A stretch of 63,713 nt of DNA, counting the filler, from Craspedostauros australis (lineage: Eukaryota), in the NCBI GenBank assembly GCA_030167865.1. It is 15 parts of 15 records of this genome, joined end to end, with 100 filler letters (N's around TTAATTAATTAA, not from the genome) between each part and the next. Parts side by side here need not be neighbours in the genome. Positions count along the whole stretch, not along the records: positions 27,477 to 45,490 come from JALAGF010001058.1; 14 more parts are not named here. One strand, 5' to 3'. The notes under the pieces are model-generated. The model searched no databases. It worked only from the letters and a program-made list of their open reading frames with translations, and was not told the origin of the DNA. Both the position numbers and the translations under genes were made by a program. Shown here piece by piece: positions 32,930 through 45,590 of the stretch (positions are counted from its first letter, which is position 1; every line of letters starts with the position of its first letter).

Positions 32930-34183
32930 ATGTGCAACGACTGCATCAAACGTAGAATCAGCGCCAGCGGCGGCAGCAACGATGGAGGCAATTCGTCGAC
33001 GCCCGTCTTTGACATGGTGGTATCCTGCAAGGGGCGCAGCAAAACGCTGTGCGTCACGACAGCGACAACTCCAAGCGCTGTCCACGCAATGGCCTTGCGG
33101 CATCTTGGACTGGATTCCGCAACCAGCAGTGTCAAGCTGGTGCTGAAGGGCAAGAGGCTGGATCCCACCGACGCAGCGACGCCCCTCTTCACAAAGCAAC
33201 CGAAGAAGACGCCGCGCCTCATGGCACTGGTCACGCCGCTTCAAGTGGCCAACGAAATCGCCGACAAGCAATCGGATCCCACGATCCGCGGCTTCGACAA
33301 GGAGGCCGAACGCACGCAGCAGCAGCACAAGGCCAACGCACGCAGCAGCAAGCAGCACTGGGGCTCCAACACGGCGCAAGATCGGCAGTACCGCTTCGTG
33401 CAGATCGAGGCATGCACGTGGCATTCCTTCGGACATCGGCCGACCGAATCGACGCCGCATGCCTTCGAAGCGTTCGCGCTGTTGGAGAAGCTGTCGACGG
33501 ATCCCGGAATGGTTGCCATCATGCGAGAACGCGAGCTCGTCGTCAACACGTTGGGCGAGATGGATCCCGTCGACGATCGGCTCATGCAAAAGAAGCAGCA
33601 GCAGGGCGGGTGCCTGCTGGGGTACAACACCAACCATGGTCTGCGCATCGACATCAAGCTGCGCACGGATGACCTGGCCTCGTTGCGCCCGTATCATGAA
33701 CTCGCGGCGACGTTGATTCACGAGCTGTCGCACAATTGGGTCGGCGAGCACAATCTGCTGTTTTGGACCAACTACGCGCAGATGCGAGCTGAGTATCTGT
33801 ACATGCATCGCAATTTGCAAACCTCCTTGTTGTACCGGGTGCAAGGCAAGACGACGGCGCAGATCGCGGGGTGGTCCAAGGAAGCGCTGCAGAACATTCC
33901 CGAAAGCATCCTCAACGAGCTGACACGAGAAATGGCACAGCACGGATTGCATCCTCGCATGATCGAGAATGCAATTCGTGTGCGATGCGCTGAGTTGGAA
34001 CGCGAGAACAAGATGCCACCGATTTCAGGTGGTCAGCGTTTGGGAGGTGGTGGTGCTGCTGCTGCTGACAATGTCAATGCCAATGCTGCAGTATCGACCA
34101 ACCAAGCCATGTCCGCAAGGGAACGAGCATTGGCAGCCGCAGAACGACGCGCGAGGGAGCAGAGGGAGAGGTCAAACAAATGA
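32930..34183 (+). CDS. Ubiquitin-like plus WLM (Wss1-like) zinc metallopeptidase
   Basis: UBL-like VKLVLKGKRLD. WLM core LEKLSTDPGMVAIM..LGEMDP..LLGYNTNHG..IKLRTDD..TLIHELSHNWVGEHNLLFW (HExxH). GGQRLGG (SHP-like) and RERALAAAERR tail. Confidence 0.92.
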   Translation: MCNDCIKRRISASGGSNDGGNSSTPVFDMVVSCKGRSKTLCVTTATTPSAVHAMALRHLGLDSATSSVKLVLKGKRLDPTDAATPLFTKQPKKTPRLMALVTPLQVANEIADKQSDPTIRGFDKEAERTQQQHKANARSSKQHWGSNTAQDRQYRFVQIEACTWHSFGHRPTESTPHAFEAFALLEKLSTDPGMVAIMRERELVVNTLGEMDPVDDRLMQKKQQQGGCLLGYNTNHGLRIDIKLRTDDLASLRPYHELAATLIHELSHNWVGEHNLLFWTNYAQMRAEYLYMHRNLQTSLLYRVQGKTTAQIAGWSKEALQNIPESILNELTREMAQHGLHPRMIENAIRVRCAELERENKMPPISGGQRLGGGGAAAADNVNANAAVSTNQAMSARERALAAAERRAREQRERSNK

Positions 34184-34530
34184 AACTCGGACGATTGTGC
34201 TGAAACCATTGCAAGTACTCTAGAGTAAGAAAATGATCATTATTTGTATTATATGACTTCCATCGTTGGCTTTCGCGATTCTTCGGGACGTACTGTTCAA
34301 GCACTGCATTGGCGAAGGAAAGGCGATTGCCCATTCTGGTTCGTCATCTTCATCTCGGGCGTTTGTTCTGTTCCCGTTGTCACAAACCAATCAGTATGGA
34401 TGCGACTCCAACGATCCTCGTTAACAGTAAGCACGTACGATGACTCTACTCTACTCTCTGGAGTCCAGAAGCAAGTAATTCTTCGACTACTCAAGAACGC
34501 GCTATCATACTTGTACGCTGCCCTAAATGG

Positions 34531-35522
34531 TTACTTCGACAAGTGGACACCCATCTCGACCACGAACTTGCTGAAGCCATCCTTCTGCCCACGACCAAAG
34601 ATCTCCAGATGATTCATGATGGGACACTGGCGCCCGCAGTTCTGCTGGGTGAATTGCACCGTCGATGACGCGCCAAGGTACTTGCCGGTGTCGACGTGCT
34701 GGAACTGCACGTGCTTTTCGCGCTGCCAGTGCTCGCCATCGCAGACGACCATCCAATCATCGCCGGCGTCGCCGCGTCCGTCACCCTCCCCGTAGGCCGT
34801 GACCTCCTGCTGCCGGCTCAGCGGCGATCGCTGTCCGTGCGAGTGCAGATTGCGCATCGTGTTGAGGTGGGTGAGGCGGATGGAGGATCCGCATCGGATG
34901 GGCGTTCCGGGTCCGTCCTGGCAGGCGCTGGCGACGTCGGAGCGGTCAGAATTGGGCGCGCGGATGAGCCAGAGGGCGTTTGTGGTGGTGGGGTTGGAGA
35001 CGGCCGTGACGATCTGCTGACCGCTGCCACCGCCCAAGCTCTTGGCTTCGCTGTTCAGGAAGTACGAATCGTGCTTCTTCATTCCGCTTTCCACGTGCGT
35101 CATCTTGACAGCGGACCCGCAGGTGACGAAGCCATCGTCTATTTGTGTCATCGAACGGATATATGGTCGTAGAGTATGGTCATCGTATCGCATTGGCAAT
35201 GCCAGGTGGGGGAGCGCGGTTAGAGTAGTGCATTGGTGGGGTGATGTCCGCGCAGTCAAGCGTTCGCGATGGCGAGCGGTGAGATAGGAGTGGGCAAATG
35301 AAATAGGTGATCGAACGATTTTACAAGGAGTATGTACCATCGCTTCGTCTCTCTTCCTGCCTGACTCAAGAATGCAATGCGGCAAGTGCATGGGCACAGT
35401 ACACAGTGCGCAGATGGACAGATCATGTGCACACAACAGCCACAAAGTTCGTTGCAACACTCACCGTCGGCCAGGATTCCAACCGCGAGGGAAAAGAGGG
35501 TGGTGATGCTCAGTGTCTTCAT
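34531..35522 (-). CDS. SDF2: Stromal cell-derived factor 2-like ER protein (MIR domains), 2 exons
   Basis: Exon 1 is a signal peptide (MKTLSITTLFSLAVGILAD, donor G|GTGAG). Exon 2 from 35138 reads VTCGSAVKMTH..GGGSGQQIVTA..IRCGSSIRLTHLNTMRNLHSH..SPLSRQQEVTAYG..GDAGDDW..FQHVDTGKYL. Confidence 0.92.
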
Positions 35523-36380
35523 TTGTGCTCCCAATTGCTCGATCTTCCTGTTGTTGTTGCCACTGCTGCTGCTGTTGCTGCTGCTGCTGTGCGTTTTGTG
35601 TGTGTTGCGTGATTATTGTTGATGAACGCTCTGTGCGTAGCTCTTATGCAGTCATAGTAGTACGTACCCTACAAGTACCAATACCCACAGACACACAAAC
35701 TCGCCACACTTTCCTGGTTGGAGAATCGTCTCGTGGCAAACGCTCGGTCATCGAACGGTATTCCACCATGGTCGATCCGTTGGTCTGTTCGCTGATTTTC
35801 GTCGTTCATCCTTGTTCTGAGCAGTCCAATCAGTCAACCGTCGCGTGTAAACGTGTCTCAAATGCGAAATGAGTCCCATCAAAGCCAAAGCACACACACG
35901 ACTCACACACAAACAAACGAACAAGAACTTCGTTTCTTGTCGCATGCCGACCACACACGAAAAATCAAGGAAACAGGGTACGCTCACAATACAAACCGCT
36001 CCGCTTTTCCAACCACAATCAACCACACAAGACGCCTCTCACAGCGTGGAAGAAGACGCAAGAGGATGAGATGGTGTGATGAGTCGCCAATACTCGTAGC
36101 GTGACTTCCACCGCAGTCTTTCTGCGTGCGATGCCCGTCACCTTCATCTGCCCATCTATCACATCGAATCCCGTACTATTCTGTGCTCACAAATGCGGAC
36201 GACTCCTGAACTGGCCACACAGACACCAAAGAAGCGCACTCACACTCAGACTCGCAAGCACAATCACAAAAGCGAGAATCACAAGACACTGCACGAACAT
36301 TTGCCAATTACCAATTATCACACACTGTGATACCATCTGTATCTCCCACAGGAACGATTCCCCAAAACACGGCAGCCAGC

Positions 36381-37334
36381 ATGCGTATCAATATCACCAC
36401 AGGCAAGACCAAGATGACCGTGAGAAACGAGGGGACAGATCAACGCAAAGATGCTGCCGTCCTCCGTCCCAACGACAGCGGGGATGTCTTCGAAGCCATT
36501 TCACTGGACGATTCGTCCATCGGCGACGTCGCCCCCCGCATCCCCCATCGTAAGTCCAGCGCTCGGGGTCTCACGTTCCAAGCCCCGGCGTGCTTGTACT
36601 GCGGAGAGATATCGACGATGACGGAGCAAGCTTTCGGTACGGTCCGCGTGGACGAATTGGAACGAGGCGATGGCCTGGTGGTCTTCGAGGCCGATCAAGC
36701 CGAAGGCGATCATGATGCTGACAGCGATGGTAGCGACGGCGGCGGAGATTTGCACTCGGTGCTGAAATTGCTGATCCGACGCGAAATCGTCGTTCTCCGA
36801 TCTGTGGGTCGATTGGTCACCTTCGGAGGATTGATCGTCGTCGAGGACACGATCGGCGATGCCACCAAGGCAAGAGACTTGACGCAAGGCCACCACTCCA
36901 CCAAGCCGAACATCTGGGCCATCCATTTCGACCACGAGACGGACGCGTGCTGCTTCGAGCATCTGCTGAACTGGTATGCCAACCACGACGACGACGGCAG
37001 TGATGACGACGAAGTGGTGGCCACCAGCGCCATCAACGACCTCCATGCTACCAAGACCTCTGACGAAGATCTCGGCCATGGTGGCGAAGATAACCTCATG
37101 CCCAACGATGAGAATCGCAACCCTCAAGATGCCGGCCGTCGCGTCTGCATCGGTCGCCGCAACGGCTGCGTCGCGAAGTCTGGTGCCGGCCGCGCAGCCG
37201 CACAGAAGCATGGATTCGCTTCTATCTTCAATCCCAACGAGGGTCTGTTCCCCATTTGGGAAGTCGGTTCGAGCAGTCAGTCATTCGATGATGACTCCGT
37301 CGCCGCATCCTCGCCATCTGATGGTGAGGAATGA
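36381..37334 (+). CDS. Hypothetical acidic protein
   Basis: Open frame with coding-like GC3, likely start MRINITTGK. No recognisable family. Confidence 0.55.
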   Translation: MRINITTGKTKMTVRNEGTDQRKDAAVLRPNDSGDVFEAISLDDSSIGDVAPRIPHRKSSARGLTFQAPACLYCGEISTMTEQAFGTVRVDELERGDGLVVFEADQAEGDHDADSDGSDGGGDLHSVLKLLIRREIVVLRSVGRLVTFGGLIVVEDTIGDATKARDLTQGHHSTKPNIWAIHFDHETDACCFEHLLNWYANHDDDGSDDDEVVATSAINDLHATKTSDEDLGHGGEDNLMPNDENRNPQDAGRRVCIGRRNGCVAKSGAGRAAAQKHGFASIFNPNEGLFPIWEVGSSSQSFDDDSVAASSPSDGEE

Positions 37335-37779
37335 GACGATGGTTTTATCATCGATGAGGGTTTGCAGCAGGTGTAGTCCAACCTCTTCACGATATCGGAC
37401 TTCCATTGCTCATCGATTGCATGATAAACACATCTCCCCTTCAAGCCGGCCGCCATCCGATCAGCGCACATGCGCTTCTTATAATCTGGATCCTCGAACA
37501 CATCGCCATCGTTCTTGTCGAAGACGACTTCCTGACTGGTGACGACTGGCGAGTACATCAAAGCTGATGCTTCCATGACCTTCTTCATACTATCTGTTCA
37601 CATTCAAGACTTCGCGTTGTCTTGGCTCCGACGTACGAGTAATTCCGAAATAGTACAGTAATCGATGTAACAACGATCTGAACACTCTTGACGCGTGTCG
37701 AACGCCCTGAAATGTGCACGTCATGGCACGACACAACGTAATACGAGTATGGCATCGCCAATCATATCCTGCCTGACCG

Positions 37780-38973
37780 TCATGTTCCGACCAGAACATT
37801 GACGAAGATCTGCGAGAATACGTAGAACACGATGCTCGGATTGTCCGTTTTGCAATATCTTTCCAAGATCGTTGCATACAGATAAGCGGGCGTCGTCGAC
37901 AGTTCTTCCAGCAGTTGCTTTCGATTCAGATCATTTAGCTGCGTGCAGAGACCCAAGACTTCTTCGGTCGAGTAAGGAAGACCGTCAATTTCAACATCGA
38001 TGATCGAGTGGTTGTTGTCGAGCAACCGCCGTGCCAGCATCAGCAACTCTGGATCATCGTCCATGGGCAGAAGATCGAGGAGCGCGTCATTCTGATGCTT
38101 CCTCCCATCCAGCCCGACGGATTTTATCCGCTGGAACGGCTGCAGGAGGATCCGAAGCGTGGCCCTCATGTCTTCTATGGAAAGATGGTAGTTCCCCAGC
38201 ACGAGCATCTCCAGCGAAGCCATCTCTTGCCGATCCTTCAATGATCCTTCGATGGCGACGAAATGCTCCGCCTGCAATCCCAACCACACCAGGCTCACCG
38301 TCTTGAGAGACGGTGCCAGGCGCAGGAAGAATGCCCGAACGCATTCCACGCTGACAAAAGACTCCACCTCCAACGATTTGTTCTGCACCGAGGATAGGTG
38401 CAACGTCTCCAAATTGGCAAGCTCGGGGATCATGTCCAGCAGTGGATCCAGCAGGGTGTCATTGTATCGTTGCACCGACACGATGAAGCAATCATCCAGG
38501 ATGATATCCACCAAGTTCGGGCAGGTCCACAGCGCCTCCGCGAATCGTGCCACTTCGGTCTCGCTACAAAAGGTGAGACATGAATGGCATTGCAAGCTGA
38601 TGAGGTGCGTGTTGTCGAGAAACAGCGGACTGATCCGTCCGGGTCTCACCATGCCCGCCATGCAAGGCTGGATGGACAGCGTTTCCATCGCGAGTTGCCC
38701 GACCTGCTGCAGCAACCGGACGAAGTCTTGACGCGAGAGATGCTGTCGGATGCGCCGCAACGGAAAGAAGGACTCGCGGATGATGACATGCCGCACGGTG
38801 GTGTTGGCTTGCAGGGCATAGAGGATGTCATCGAGTTCGTGCGGCTCGCATTCTGCGGTGAGGGCCATGGTGGTGAGATTCGGATCGTTGTGGTAAAGGC
38901 AGCTCGCCAGGCTCTCCAGGCTGTACCGTCTGGATGAGTCGAACGAACCGTCCGAAGTCATGTGACCGCTCAT
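37780..38973 (-). CDS. RNI-like leucine-rich-repeat protein
   Basis: LYHNDPNLTTM, ALQANTTVRHV, LANLETLHLS, SLKTVSL, SLEMLVL, LDNNHSIIDV and the C-terminal QLNDLNRKQLL..IVFYVF cap typical of expanded diatom LRR families. Confidence 0.75.
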   Translation of the reverse strand: MSGHMTSDGSFDSSRRYSLESLASCLYHNDPNLTTMALTAECEPHELDDILYALQANTTVRHVIIRESFFPLRRIRQHLSRQDFVRLLQQVGQLAMETLSIQPCMAGMVRPGRISPLFLDNTHLISLQCHSCLTFCSETEVARFAEALWTCPNLVDIILDDCFIVSVQRYNDTLLDPLLDMIPELANLETLHLSSVQNKSLEVESFVSVECVRAFFLRLAPSLKTVSLVWLGLQAEHFVAIEGSLKDRQEMASLEMLVLGNYHLSIEDMRATLRILLQPFQRIKSVGLDGRKHQNDALLDLLPMDDDPELLMLARRLLDNNHSIIDVEIDGLPYSTEEVLGLCTQLNDLNRKQLLEELSTTPAYLYATILERYCKTDNPSIVFYVFSQIFVNVLVGT

Positions 38974-39506
38974 GGTCAACCCCGATCTTTCACTTCGCCA
39001 GCGTGTGTACTAGCAGTTGTACCTAGGCGGGTGTGGGTGTGGGTGAGGAGTTGGAGGGTGTTGTGTTGTTACTCATGTGTGTGGAGGCAGCTGTAACAGT
39101 AGCCTTGTAGTCGTACCACACGGCTGTGACCAACACCGCCGCCAGGCAAGCAACAGAAATCCACGTGTGCAGTGACACAAAGATACGATTTGTGGCTTGC
39201 GATGACTCGTGAATCAGAACGCAGCTACCAACCGTGACTCGCTGTCCCAAGGAAAGAAGAGGGAAACGAAATTGAAAATCTTTGAGATGACCAAGCGCAA
39301 TCACGTCGAAGCCAACGCCCAGGTTGGGTTCATGGTGGAATGAATCATAATTTTATATGCACGAGCATGGTGCTCACAGAGTAATGGATAACTGGAGTTC
39401 GTATGGATATGCATTAGCATTTGCTATAATATTTTTCCTGCGTGTGGATCTTGAGAACCGTCTATGAACTGTTGGTGGATGGTCCACACACGCATTTCCA
39501 GCAGAG

Positions 39507-40654
39507 TCACGGATCGGGAAGAAGCAGGGAGACGCCCAGAGAAAGCGCTAGAATCATGTTCGTGAATGATATGCGCTGCGGACAACCCGATTCTCCATCT
39601 GTGGGTTGCGCTGTGGGTTGCGCTGTGGGCTGTTGCGTTGGCTGCATAGTGGTCGTCGGCATTGCCGTTGGAGATGCTGATAAGCCCGTCGGTGCGCTTG
39701 TGGGTGCCTCCGACGGTTCCACCCCAATCTGCGAATTGTACATGTTCGCCAGCTGGACCAAGTTGCCCTCGCTCCAGAAATCCACGGAGATGAAGTTCGG
39801 CAGCTTTTGCCCGTGACGCGATTGGCATGCCTTGACCAACCGATCAGCGAATTCAACCGTGTTGATGATTTTGGCGTCATCCTGAGATGGTTGGAACTGG
39901 CCAAATATTGTGTCCAGAGTCACGAAATTGTTGATGAACAGCCAATCCCCGTTCGAGGATTGCCCGCGATCGACCGGGCAGTTGCCATCGATGATCACGG
40001 TTTCGATCTCCTCCTGATCCTTGAATGAAAACTCTGTCTCCATGGTGTAGTCGTACAGATAATGGATGCCATCTGGGTGTACACCATCACCTGTTGGGCC
40101 ACGGTGATAGAATAGGATGACTTGCTTGCCGTCATTCAACAGCGTTCCTAACTTGGGCCAATCGGTCGGCGACGTGGGAGGGTCCATGCCATCCTCAGGA
40201 TGATGGTACAATCGCGCCGCAAAGCCATCGCCAACACCGTTGACGATGCTCTCCACATCCAGCAGGGTGACGGGGCCGCCTGCTTCTCCGTTCAATTCCA
40301 GGTTGAGCACGACCAATTCTCCTGGATTCGCGATGAGCCAACTGTTGAGGAGCTGCAACGTGCTGACCGGATTGCGGCCTCCAATGCCGCAACCGACAGC
40401 GCTCGAACCATGGCACAGCAGCAACCCGTCGTCGCAGTTGCACACATCCAGAGACAGCCCACGATATCCTCTCTCCAAGGCGTCGTTGAACGGATCGTTC
40501 ATATGATTCGCCGCGAAAGTGAAACCGTGATTGGGTGACGACATCGCATTGTGGATCATCGGCATCATGATCTCGTTTACCGAGACGTTGCAGAGGTTCG
40601 AGAAGCCATTGCATGTGGTGATGGAAGCGTCGTTGGCTGTGGCTTGCCCCATCA

Positions 40655-40685
<31 letters not shown>

Positions 40686-40781
40686 GAACGTCGGGGATGT
40701 CGGGAATGTCATGGTCGACGCGAGCAGCACCGTGACGAACGAAAGCAACGTGCTCGTACGAGTAGAGCAGAACATCTTCAT
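39507..40781 (-). CDS. Secreted or GPI-anchored PI-PLC X-domain (PLC-like phosphodiesterase) protein
   Basis: Signal peptide. CNGFSNLCN..MIHNAMSS, ALERGYRGLSLDV, LCHG, WLIANPGELVVL, PNFISVDFW. P/T-rich stalk and hydrophobic C-terminus. Confidence 0.88.
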
Positions 40782-43165
40782 TGTCATCCTTGTACTTTGA
40801 TGCAGTCGCAGGCTGCGTTTCGCGCGCTTTGAGAAGCGGATATGGCACTACGCGTGCTATATTATGAGGGGCTGGCTGATCTCCTACCCACTACTCGTAG
40901 GTAAGGCGTCTGTGCTCTACTCTGCACTTGAGATGGTCCCACAAGCATTCGTGTGGCACATGCAAGTCGCTGGAGGAGAACGCGCACAGCAAGGCGCCTT
41001 GTCTCAGGACATCACCAGATCTCGTTTCGCTTTCGCCATTTCTTCATACAATTTTTGTTTTTGCGCGTTTGTGCCATTGTCATTCTTTGCCCGTCGTCGC
41101 AGATTGATGCGCTCCCGAATCTTCTTTCACAGTCAAAATCACAACCTCAACATGACAGTTCGATCAAGCTACAAACGGTCATATCTGACCAAAGCTCCGA
41201 ACGGTCACTGACAAACGCGATCAGATTTTCGTCGAAGGCCATTCTTCGTTTCGGTGTGAAACACGAATGTGGATGCGAAAGGACTAAGGCAAACCTGTGG
41301 CCCACAATCCTTGTTGCTGGTTTGGAACTGCAGCAGTTGGCCTCGGATCGCATCAAGACCTGCAACGAGGACGAGTCATTCCATTCCCTTCACACTTGCC
41401 ATACGTTCACTATGCTCGAAGATGCACATTCCAAGTACGCGCTCTGCGGTCATCATTGTGTTTGGTTTTGCTTCATCTGTTGCCATGGCGCCAGACATCG
41501 TTCCTCGGGCGTGAAAGTTCCTTGTCGACGCCGAATTGCGTGTTGGGTGTTGCCAACGTTCCCATTGCTCTGCGAACGCTTTCATCCAGCCGAGGAAGTC
41601 GACGCTGACAGAAAATGAAAGCCAACCAAGGAGATTCGCGTTTTCGTTGTAGCGGCTCTGTCCTCGCACGACGCGAATGGCTCATCCACAAACTATTCCA
41701 CTCAACCCTCCACCGTGATTCGCACCTCGGTTGGTCTCGGCACTTGGAGCAACGTGTATGCGGATTGCCCAACGACGATAGTGCAGACCACTGCGGGTGG
41801 CACCGAGAAAGAGAGATCCGATCTACTCCAGAGTAAGAGAGAGAGAGAGAGAGTGTGTGTGTGTGTGCTCCGCAGAGTACTCCGTGCCACCTGTTGGAAC
41901 AGCGGAACAAACGCCTGGTGTGCGAGCTCTTGCTTGTGTGACCTATGAACCAAAGAGTTGTAACACGCACATGCCACACTTCCACGAGAAGCGATGGCCG
42001 TTGGGCAAGACTGCTTGCGCCTTGGGGAAAGTTGCAAGACCACGAAACGATGCGGATACGTGGTATTCTGACGCGCACCATCGTCTGCGATGTCGCGGCT
42101 GTTCTTTGCAGAAAACTCCATGAAATCACATCGTCATCATTTTTGCAACATCGCCCAATACACAGAAAGTCCATTGATCTCAATCGCCGCCATTGAAGAA
42201 CACACGACTATCACAAATATCCCCTTGGGCGCAAACTACCATCATTCATGTGTTCGCGTGTGGCTCGTGTGAGATACATTCGCTGGTGGAAGGAATGGTG
42301 GCGGGCCCGAATTCAACAATGGCGAACGAAGTCATCATCCTTCGTGCCTAATCGTAGTCTTCTCTACCAACAAGCACAGAACACTCATGTCCACGAGAGT
42401 CTTGGAAGGGAGACATCGCCTATTCTGTACATTTATTCGCGAATGGGGAGAACGCAGAAGCGTATTGCGCACAAACGATACTTATTGCGCGAGGATTTGT
42501 GAGTAAAGGAGACATCAAGCTCACTCATCGCCGCCACAAGTACCACAAAAGCCCAATCCTGTCTCTTCGGAATGTGATCACAGAGTCATCGTTCTCCACG
42601 GGCGGCGAAGGAAGGAGCCTCATCCCTCACTGAGAGGTCTCGTGCGCCCGTACCTCCTCTTCACCGACATCGTGCTCCCAAAAACGGATTCGAAGGCGTT
42701 GCGCATGTTGCCCAAATCAAACACCACCACCGTCCATTCGACACATGAAGTGACAACCTACGAGCTGCGCGTGCAAGTATGGGACGGAGATGCCCTTGAT
42801 GTTTCTGTCTCGCTGGTTGCGCGAGCACAACAATGGTATCGATGCGAGGCGAAAAACCAAGAAGCAGAGCCACCACCAATGTTCCAGCATTTCCGTTTCT
42901 TTGCTCACTCTTCTCCTCATTCTTTGCACACATCATCCATGGCATTATCGGACCAGTACTAACACCACACCCCTCCCAAAAGCCAGCAGCAGTATAATCG
43001 AGTATAATCCACACGTACCATAGTGCTCTTACCACGCCACACTTCATTCCTTTCAAAGCAAGACGTGCGGGAAGAGCAAAGCAGTTCTGTTGGTCGGAGT
43101 GACAACCCCAACCTTCGCAACCCCCGCAACCCCAAGACAACAATCCTGGTACAAGACGCCAAATC

Positions 43166-45490
43166 ATGAGTGCTGCGGCAATCAAGCCACCGAAGATGCA
43201 ATCCGACGATGGTTCCACGACCAACGGCAGCACCCGCTACGGCGGCGACGAACGCGACGAGATCAAGGAGCTCCAGAAGCTATCTCAAAAGGAGACAAAC
43301 CGAGTCCGGACTTGGCGCCTGTTCCTCTGCTTTGCCCTCTTGCTGGCCGCCATCTCCGTCACCATCGCAACCTACAAGCTCCTTCGTCGACAGGAACGGC
43401 TCAACTTTGAGCAGGCTGTAAGTTTGGAACAACCTTCAAGACAAGTGACGGCTGCCTCAACACTTGACGATTCTACCAAGTCGTGCCATACTCACTCTGA
43501 CACACATGTATCTTCTTGTCAATGTATACTATTCTATTCTATTCTATTCTATTCTATTACGTACTGCTCTAATTCTCACCGCCCCCGTCACGCGTGTGCC
43601 GATCCATCAGTTCACGCAATTCGCTCGCACCATCAAGAACTCGATGTTGCAAAACCAGCGAGATATCAGAGAGTCCATGGATGGTTTGGGCAGGGCATGC
43701 TCATCGGATGCCGAGGCTACGAACGCAACCTGGCCATTTCATGTACTGCACAACTTCGAATCTCATGCTAGGACGGCCATTGACCACTCTGGCAGCGAGT
43801 TCTTTGCAGTTGGCAAGCTGGTGACGCACGACGAGAAGGACGATTGGCTGGATTTTGCATCACAGACCTACCGACAGATGGTCATCGACGGCCACATGCA
43901 GGACAAGGGCAACCTGGATCGACTCGTGGACAACGCTGCCGACTACAACAACTACATCTCTCAGCCTGGATCTCCCAGATTCACCCCGCAGGTAGATCTT
44001 GACTACTACTGGCCCATGTACGAGTTCTCGCCCCCGTACTTCTCGTATGGTGCGATCAATTGGGACTTCAGATCGGTGCCAGTCTATGACGACATCCTCA
44101 AGACGATGCTCGTGCTCAAGAATGAGACCTTGAGCACGAAGGTCAAGGGATACACGACTGTCGGCCTCTCCTTCACATACGAAGAGCACCAGCAGATGCA
44201 CAGCCAGCTCCTCAATTCAGACAAGGACTTTCCGCATAGCTTCTTCTACCACCCAATCCACAAGAAGACGGGAGACTACAATTCCAAGATTGTGGGTTTG
44301 ATCGTCACGGCAGTTGCTTGGGATGCGGCCATGCGATTCCTTCTCCCCACCGGCGTTTCCGGCATCATCGCCATCCTGCGAAACACATGCGATCAAGCGT
44401 TTACGTACAGGATCATTGGCGCGGATGCCGTCTTCGTTGGCCCCGGTGATATCCACCAGAACGAGTACTCCCATCTCAAGCATGAAGTCGACCTGGCAGT
44501 TCACACTCATCCAGACTTCACCACAGCACCCGGCCACTGCATGTACTCACTGGTAAGATATCATCTGAGGAAGTCATGGGTCTGTTTGCAGCTGCGATTG
44601 GTACTGGCATGACCTGTTGTTTGCTCTACTTCATCACAATTCTCACTCTGATATACGTCGTTCGCTGTTCATCCATTCCTGCGCGCTCTTACATTGACAA
44701 CGCCATCAACATTTGTCCTTGCAACACACTCCACTCTTGCACCTACACCTGCACCTGCATCTTTATCCTCGCCTTTACTCACATTGTGGCATGAATAGGA
44801 TATCTTTCCATCGAAGGAATTCGAGGATGAATACACCACGGACACACCTGTCATCTACGCCACTGTAGTTGCCGTCACCTTCGTCGCGGTCATCCTCATC
44901 TTCTTCGTGTACGATCTCTTCGTCCAGAGACGCAACTGGAAGCTGATGGGACAAGCGGCACGATCCAACGCCATCGTCACGTCCCTCTTCCCAGGCAAGC
45001 TCCGAGACCAGATCATGGACCAAAGCCGAATGGACCAGAAGGAGTCACGAAGAGGAACGGCATCCGAAATGAAGTCCTTCCTGTCATTCGCCCTGAGCGA
45101 GGACAACGATTTCGTCAAGTTCGAATCACGGCCCCTGGCTGAGTTCTTCCTGGAGACGACCATCATGTTCGCTGACATCACCGGCTTCACAGCATGGGCG
45201 TCCGTCCGCGAGCCAAGCCAAGTCTTCACTCTGTTGGAGACCGTGTACAGCTCCTTCGATCAGCTCGCGAAGCGCCGGCGCGTGTTCAAGGTGGAGACCG
45301 TCGGTGACTGCTACGTCGCAGTGACAGGATTGCCCGAGCCCACAGCAGATCATGCCATCTCCATGGCGAGATTCGCCCAGGACTGCCTCTGGAGCTTCAG
45401 TACCATGGTCCATCAGCTCGAAGTCATCCTTGGTCCTGACACAGCCGACCTGAGCATCCGCATTGGGATCCACAGTGGGCCGGTGACTGC
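43166..45490 (+). CDS. Receptor-type adenylate/guanylate cyclase (TM, CHASE-like sensor, TM, class III cyclase), 3' truncated
   Basis: Exons 43166-43417, 43611-44552 and 44799 to contig end, with GT-AG introns. TM1 WRLFLCFALLLAAISVTIATY. Motifs ATWPF, PGHCMYSL, FVYDLFVQRRN, IVTSLFP, TIMFADITGFTAWASVREPSQVFTLLET, KVETVGDCY and IRIGIHSGPVT. Confidence 0.95.
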
Positions 45491-45590
45491 NNNNNNNNNN
45501 NNNNNNNNNNNNNNNNNNNNNNNNNNNNNNNNNNTTAATTAATTAANNNNNNNNNNNNNNNNNNNNNNNNNNNNNNNNNNNNNNNNNNNN

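Noticed and set aside
40850..43100. Numerous short ORFs between the PI-PLC-X and cyclase genes
   Set aside because: No coding bias or motifs, and a (GA)n(GT)n tract is present. Treated as intergenic.
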